Shown: positions 60,247 to 64,000 of the stretch, piece after piece
Position numbering within the stretch: the first letter of the stretch is position 1
Layout: every line of letters begins with the position of its first letter
Assembly (NCBI GenBank): GCA_902784305.1
Contig: CACZUK010000002.1
Coordinates: 505 to 64,504 of the forward strand
Origin: Oscillospiraceae bacterium
GTDB lineage: Bacteria > Bacillota > Clostridia > Oscillospirales > Oscillospiraceae
Reading direction: 5' to 3'
DNA length: 64,000 bases
Program-made: the position numbers and the translations under genes
Notes under the pieces: generated by a model
Seen by the model: only the letters and a program-made list of their open reading frames with translations
Databases searched by the model: none
Told to the model about the DNA's origin: nothing

Positions 60247-60326
60247 GATTTTTTTGTCGGCAATTGATAAAATGCTAACAAGGAAGTTTTGCCTTGCCAT
60301 CGTAACGAAAAGGAAAGGAGCGTAAC

Positions 60327-61325
60327 ATGGGATACCAAATGACCAGGGCCCAGGCGGACGCGCAGTTCCGCCGCTGGACCGAACAGTATGAGGTGTACGC
60401 ACCCATGCTGATGAAAGGGGAGGGGTGTTTTTCCGACACGGACATCATCCGCTACGGCAAGCCCGCCTCCCTGGACGAGATCGAGTGGGCGGAGAAGTCC
60501 GATTATTCCTTCAAAGAGGTGCTCATTGCCATCAATGAGACGCTGTTCTACTACACCGAGGACCAGACCATTCTCCCCAAGGGCCCGGAGAAGGAGATTC
60601 TCATCTTCCTGCGCTCCTGCGACCTGCACGCGGTGAAGCGCCTGGACCAGATTTATCTGCACAACGGAAACCCCGACTTCTACTACAACCGGGTGCGGGA
60701 GAAGGCGAAGTTCATCCTGATGGGCTGCCCGGCCACCTGCGCCTCCGGCTTCTGCGTGAGCATGGGCACGAACACCACCGACGCCTATAACGCATACCTG
60801 AAGCTGGACGGGGACAAGGTCTATGTGGACATCAGGGACGAGGCGCTGGTCGGCTTTGCCGCTGACGCCGCCGCCGCTGACGTGACCCCCGACTTCGTCA
60901 CCGAGAACGAGGAGAAGGTGACCCTGCCCAAAAAGCTGTCCAACGAGAGCTTCACCAAGGAGATTTGGCAGGAGTACGGCGCCCGGTGCATCGGCTGCGG
61001 ACGCTGCAACTTCGCCTGCCCCACCTGCACCTGCTTCACCATGCAGGACATCTTCTACCAGGACAACCCCAGAGCGGGCGAGCGCCGCCGCGTGTGGGCC
61101 TCCTGTCAGGTGGAGGGCTTCGACGAAATTGCGGGCGGCATCAAGTTCCGCAAGACCCAGGGCGACCAGATGCGCTTCAAGGTAATGCACAAAATCTACG
61201 ACTTTGAGAAGCGCTTCGGCTATCCCATGTGCGTGGGCTGCGGCCGCTGCGACGACATCTGCCCCGAGTACATTTCCTATTCCAATCTTGTGAATCGTCT
61301 GGCAAAGGAGGAGGAAGAAGGATGA
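60327..61325 (+). CDS. asrA: anaerobic sulfite reductase subunit A
   Basis: Fe-S motifs CIGCGRCNFACPTCTC and CVGCGRCDDICP with AsrA-like overall layout. AAAGGAAAGGAG RBS. Confidence 0.9.
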   Translation: MGYQMTRAQADAQFRRWTEQYEVYAPMLMKGEGCFSDTDIIRYGKPASLDEIEWAEKSDYSFKEVLIAINETLFYYTEDQTILPKGPEKEILIFLRSCDLHAVKRLDQIYLHNGNPDFYYNRVREKAKFILMGCPATCASGFCVSMGTNTTDAYNAYLKLDGDKVYVDIRDEALVGFAADAAAADVTPDFVTENEEKVTLPKKLSNESFTKEIWQEYGARCIGCGRCNFACPTCTCFTMQDIFYQDNPRAGERRRVWASCQVEGFDEIAGGIKFRKTQGDQMRFKVMHKIYDFEKRFGYPMCVGCGRCDDICPEYISYSNLVNRLAKEEEEG

Positions 61326-62113
61326 AAAACGAATACATTCCTCATCTGTCTACCATTCGTGAGGTCATTAAGCACACGGAGCTGGAGTACACCTTCCGCA
61401 TGGACTACGAGGGCCCCGTGAAGCCCGGCCAGTTCTTTGAGCTCTCCCTGCCCAAGTACGGCGAGGCCCCCATCTCCGTCTCCGGCATCGGCGAGGGCAC
61501 CGTGGACTTCACCATCCGCAAGGTGGGCAAGGTCACGAACGAGATTTTTGAGAACTACGTGGGCGACCAGATTTTCATCCGCGGCCCCTACGGCAACGGC
61601 TTTGACATCGAGGAGTACAAGGGCAAGGAGCTGGTGGTCATCGCCGGCGGCACCGGCCTGAGCCCCACCAAGGGCGTGGTGGACTACTTCGCCCAGCATC
61701 CCGAGGACAACGTGAGCACCACCCTGATTGCGGGCTTCAAGGACCCCACCGCGGTGCTGTTCCGGGACGATTTCGCCTTCTGGAAGGACCGTATCAACGT
61801 CATTCAGACCGTGGACCGCGCCCCGGAGGGCTACGAGGGTCCCGTGGGCATGGTGACCAAGTACATCCCCGACCTGAAGTTTGAGAACGTGGAGAACGCC
61901 TCCTTCATCGCGGTCGGCCCTCCCATTATGATTAAGTTCGTGGTCATGGAAATCCTGAAGCTGGGCGTCAAAGAGGAACAGATTTGGGTGTCCCACGAGC
62001 GCAAGATGTGCTGCGGACTGGGCAAGTGCGGCCACTGCAAGGTGGGCTCCACCTACATCTGCCTGGACGGCCCGGTGTTCAACTACACCGAAGGCAAAAA
62101 ACTGCTTGACTAA
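61322..62113 (+). CDS. asrB: anaerobic sulfite reductase subunit B (FAD/NAD, 2Fe-2S)
   Basis: GGTGLSP NAD fold and C-terminal CCGLGKCGHCKV. The ATG overlaps the asrA stop (ATGA). Confidence 0.92.
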   Translation: MKNEYIPHLSTIREVIKHTELEYTFRMDYEGPVKPGQFFELSLPKYGEAPISVSGIGEGTVDFTIRKVGKVTNEIFENYVGDQIFIRGPYGNGFDIEEYKGKELVVIAGGTGLSPTKGVVDYFAQHPEDNVSTTLIAGFKDPTAVLFRDDFAFWKDRINVIQTVDRAPEGYEGPVGMVTKYIPDLKFENVENASFIAVGPPIMIKFVVMEILKLGVKEEQIWVSHERKMCCGLGKCGHCKVGSTYICLDGPVFNYTEGKKLLD

Positions 62114-62131
62114 AGAAGGAGGAAGCGCGTT

Positions 62132-63124
62132 ATGTCATTGGATATCAACACCAAGGCGTTGAAAAAGAACGCCTTCCGCGTGTCCAAGGTGCGGGGCATC
62201 GGCGCCTCCCGCATCCGGGTGCCCGGCGGCTACCTGGACGCGAAGGTGCTGGGCATGGTGCAGGAGATTGCCGAGACCTACGGCAACGGCAAGGTCCACC
62301 TGACCACCCGCCAGGGCTTCGAGATTGAGGGCATCCGCCTCCAGGACATCCCCGAAATCAACAAGAAGCTCCAGCCCATCATCGACCTGGTGGGCACCAA
62401 CCAGACCGACCCCAACACCGGCTATGCCTCCTCCGGCACCCGGAACATCTGCGCCTGCATCGGCAACAATGTCTGCCCCTTCGCCAACTACAACACCTCT
62501 GAGCTGGCCCGGCGCATCGACAAGGCCATCTTCCCCAACGACCTGCACTTCAAGGTCGCCTGCACCGGCTGCTCCAACGACTGCGCCAAGGTGCGCATGC
62601 ACGACTTCGGCATCATCGGCCAGACCATCCCCCAGTACGACCCCACCCGCTGCATCAGCTGCAAGGCGTGCATCAAGGGCTGCAAGAGCCTGAGCGTCAA
62701 CGCGCTGCGCATGGAGAACTACAAGGTGGTCCGGGACGCCGAAAAGTGCGTGGGCTGCGGCGTGTGCGTGACCAAGTGTCCCACCCGCGCCTGGACCCGG
62801 AGCAAGAAAAAGTACTACAAGCTCACCATTATGGGCCGTACCGGCAAGAAAAATCCCCGTCTGGGTCAGGACTGGCTGGTCTGGGCCGACGCGGACAACA
62901 TCATCAAAATCATCGTCAACACCTACAAGTTCGTGGAGAAGTACATCTCTCCCGACGCCCCCGCCCGCAAGGAGCACATCGGCTACATCATCGACCGGGT
63001 GGGCTTCGAGGAGTACAAGAAGTGGGCGCTGGACGGCGTTGAGCTGATGCCCGAGACCATCATGAAGAAGTGCGTGTACTGGAACGGTATTCACTTCACC
63101 GACAAAGCGGGGTGGACGGATTGA
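62132..63124 (+). CDS. asrC: anaerobic sulfite reductase subunit C (siroheme/4Fe-4S)
   Basis: CTGCSNDCAK plus ferredoxin motifs CISCKACIKGC and CVGCGVCVTKCP. GAAGGAGGAAG RBS. Confidence 0.92.
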   Translation: MSLDINTKALKKNAFRVSKVRGIGASRIRVPGGYLDAKVLGMVQEIAETYGNGKVHLTTRQGFEIEGIRLQDIPEINKKLQPIIDLVGTNQTDPNTGYASSGTRNICACIGNNVCPFANYNTSELARRIDKAIFPNDLHFKVACTGCSNDCAKVRMHDFGIIGQTIPQYDPTRCISCKACIKGCKSLSVNALRMENYKVVRDAEKCVGCGVCVTKCPTRAWTRSKKKYYKLTIMGRTGKKNPRLGQDWLVWADADNIIKIIVNTYKFVEKYISPDAPARKEHIGYIIDRVGFEEYKKWALDGVELMPETIMKKCVYWNGIHFTDKAGWTD

Positions 63125-64000
63125 TTAAAAAGGTACAATCGACCTGCAATTTCTGCGCGCTGGACTGCAATCTGGACTTCTATGTGGACACCGAGACCAA
63201 CCAGATTGTCAAGACCGTGCCCACCAAGGGCTATCCGGTCAACGACGGCTTCAGCTGCATCAAGGGCCTGAGCCTGAGCAAGCAGCAGACCACGGTCAAG
63301 CCCAACAACACGCCCAAGATTCGGCAGGCGGACGGCAGCTTCAAGCAGGTGAGCTGGGACGAGGGCTTCCAGTATGTGGCCGACAAGCTCAAGGAGATTC
63401 AGGCCAAGTACGGCCGGGAGAGCGTCGCGGGCATCTCCACCGGTCAGCTGACCATGGAGGAGTTCGCCATCTTCGGCCACGTCATGCGCAACTACCTCCA
63501 CACCAATGTGGACGGCAACACCCGTCTGTGCATGGCCTCCGCCGCCGTGGCCCACAAGGGCAGCTACGGCTTCGACGCGCCGGGCTTCACCCTGAACGAT
63601 TTGGAGATTTCCGACACCATCATCTTCATCGGCGCCAACCCGGTCGTGGCCCATCCGATTCTCTGGGGTCGGGTGCGCAACAACAAGGTGCCCGGGCGGA
63701 AAATCATCGTGCTGGACCCCCGCCGCTCCGAGACGGCCATGAACGCCGACTACTGGTACGGCCTGAACTGGCGCAGCGACCTGCTGCTCCTGTACACCCT
63801 CGCCAACATCCTGATTGAAAAGGACTGGATTGACCACAAGTTCATCGAGGAGCACACCAACGACTTTGACAAGTTCAGGGAGGGCGTGAAGTCCTACACG
63901 CTGGAGCGCGCCGTCCGCGGCACCGGCCTGAGCGAGGAGCAGATTCTGGAGCTGGCGGGCCACATCCACAACGGCAAGAAGGTCTCCTTCTGGTGGACCA
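63121..64000 (+). CDS. molybdopterin (bis-MGD) oxidoreductase catalytic subunit, 3' end outside window (absent from the ORF track)
   Basis: Own translation of frame 1: LIKKVQSTCNFCALDCNLDF...GFSCIKG...GISTGQLT.EE........NVDGNTRLCMASA...GFDAP......ISDTIIFIGANP...HPIL. This gives an N-terminal 4Fe-4S Cys motif and MopB fold. TTG 63121 (or GTG 63112) overlaps the asrC stop. No stop before the window end. Confidence 0.8.
   Translation, partial: MIKKVQSTCNFCALDCNLDFYVDTETNQIVKTVPTKGYPVNDGFSCIKGLSLSKQQTTVKPNNTPKIRQADGSFKQVSWDEGFQYVADKLKEIQAKYGRESVAGISTGQLTMEEFAIFGHVMRNYLHTNVDGNTRLCMASAAVAHKGSYGFDAPGFTLNDLEISDTIIFIGANPVVAHPILWGRVRNNKVPGRKIIVLDPRRSETAMNADYWYGLNWRSDLLLLYTLANILIEKDWIDHKFIEEHTNDFDKFREGVKSYTLERAVRGTGLSEEQILELAGHIHNGKKVSFWWT

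Overview
High-GC chromosomal segment with Firmicutes-style signals: GGAGG ribosome-binding sites, TTGACA/TATAAT promoters and hairpin plus T-run terminators. By eye it fits an anaerobic gut Clostridia (Oscillospiraceae-like) genome, but no search was run, so the taxonomy is inference. All domain calls come from motifs read in the supplied translations.

I support about 45 protein genes, a five-tRNA cluster (Gly-Arg-His-Gln-Lys) and several promoters, terminators and tandem repeats.

Ordinary content:
- bcp-yaaA peroxide-stress pair
- a membrane-anchored flavoprotein reductase with two FMN-binding domains
- glycerate kinase
- a complete queDE-folE-queCF queuosine operon with a structured leader
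- Ser/Thr kinase, EEP nuclease/phosphatase, patatin, GNATs and a lipoprotein phosphoesterase
- an ABC/FtsX/lipoprotein operon
- a giant CotH/LTD/Big_2 surface protein
- a hybrid histidine kinase
- Crp/Fnr regulator plus asrABC sulfite reductase, followed by a partial molybdopterin oxidoreductase

Five large GGDEF/EAL proteins make c-di-GMP signalling unusually dense. One of them is split by a frameshift at a CCC run.

Two loci stand out:
1. 25017-31240 is a compact operon encoding a PF14907-like nucleotidyltransferase, an HprK-like kinase fused to a PqqD/RRE domain, an S24/S26 peptidase, a radical SAM-SPASM enzyme, a 54-aa peptide absent from the ORF track, and an ABC exporter. This is a RiPP-like cluster whose enzyme combination matches no characterised class that I recognise.
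2. 50769-52802 is a lower-GC monocistronic SIR2-like/TPR fusion with its own promoter and terminator and near-identical 102-bp TPR repeats. It is a candidate NAD-depleting defence gene.

I recognised no transposase, integrase, prophage or CRISPR array.
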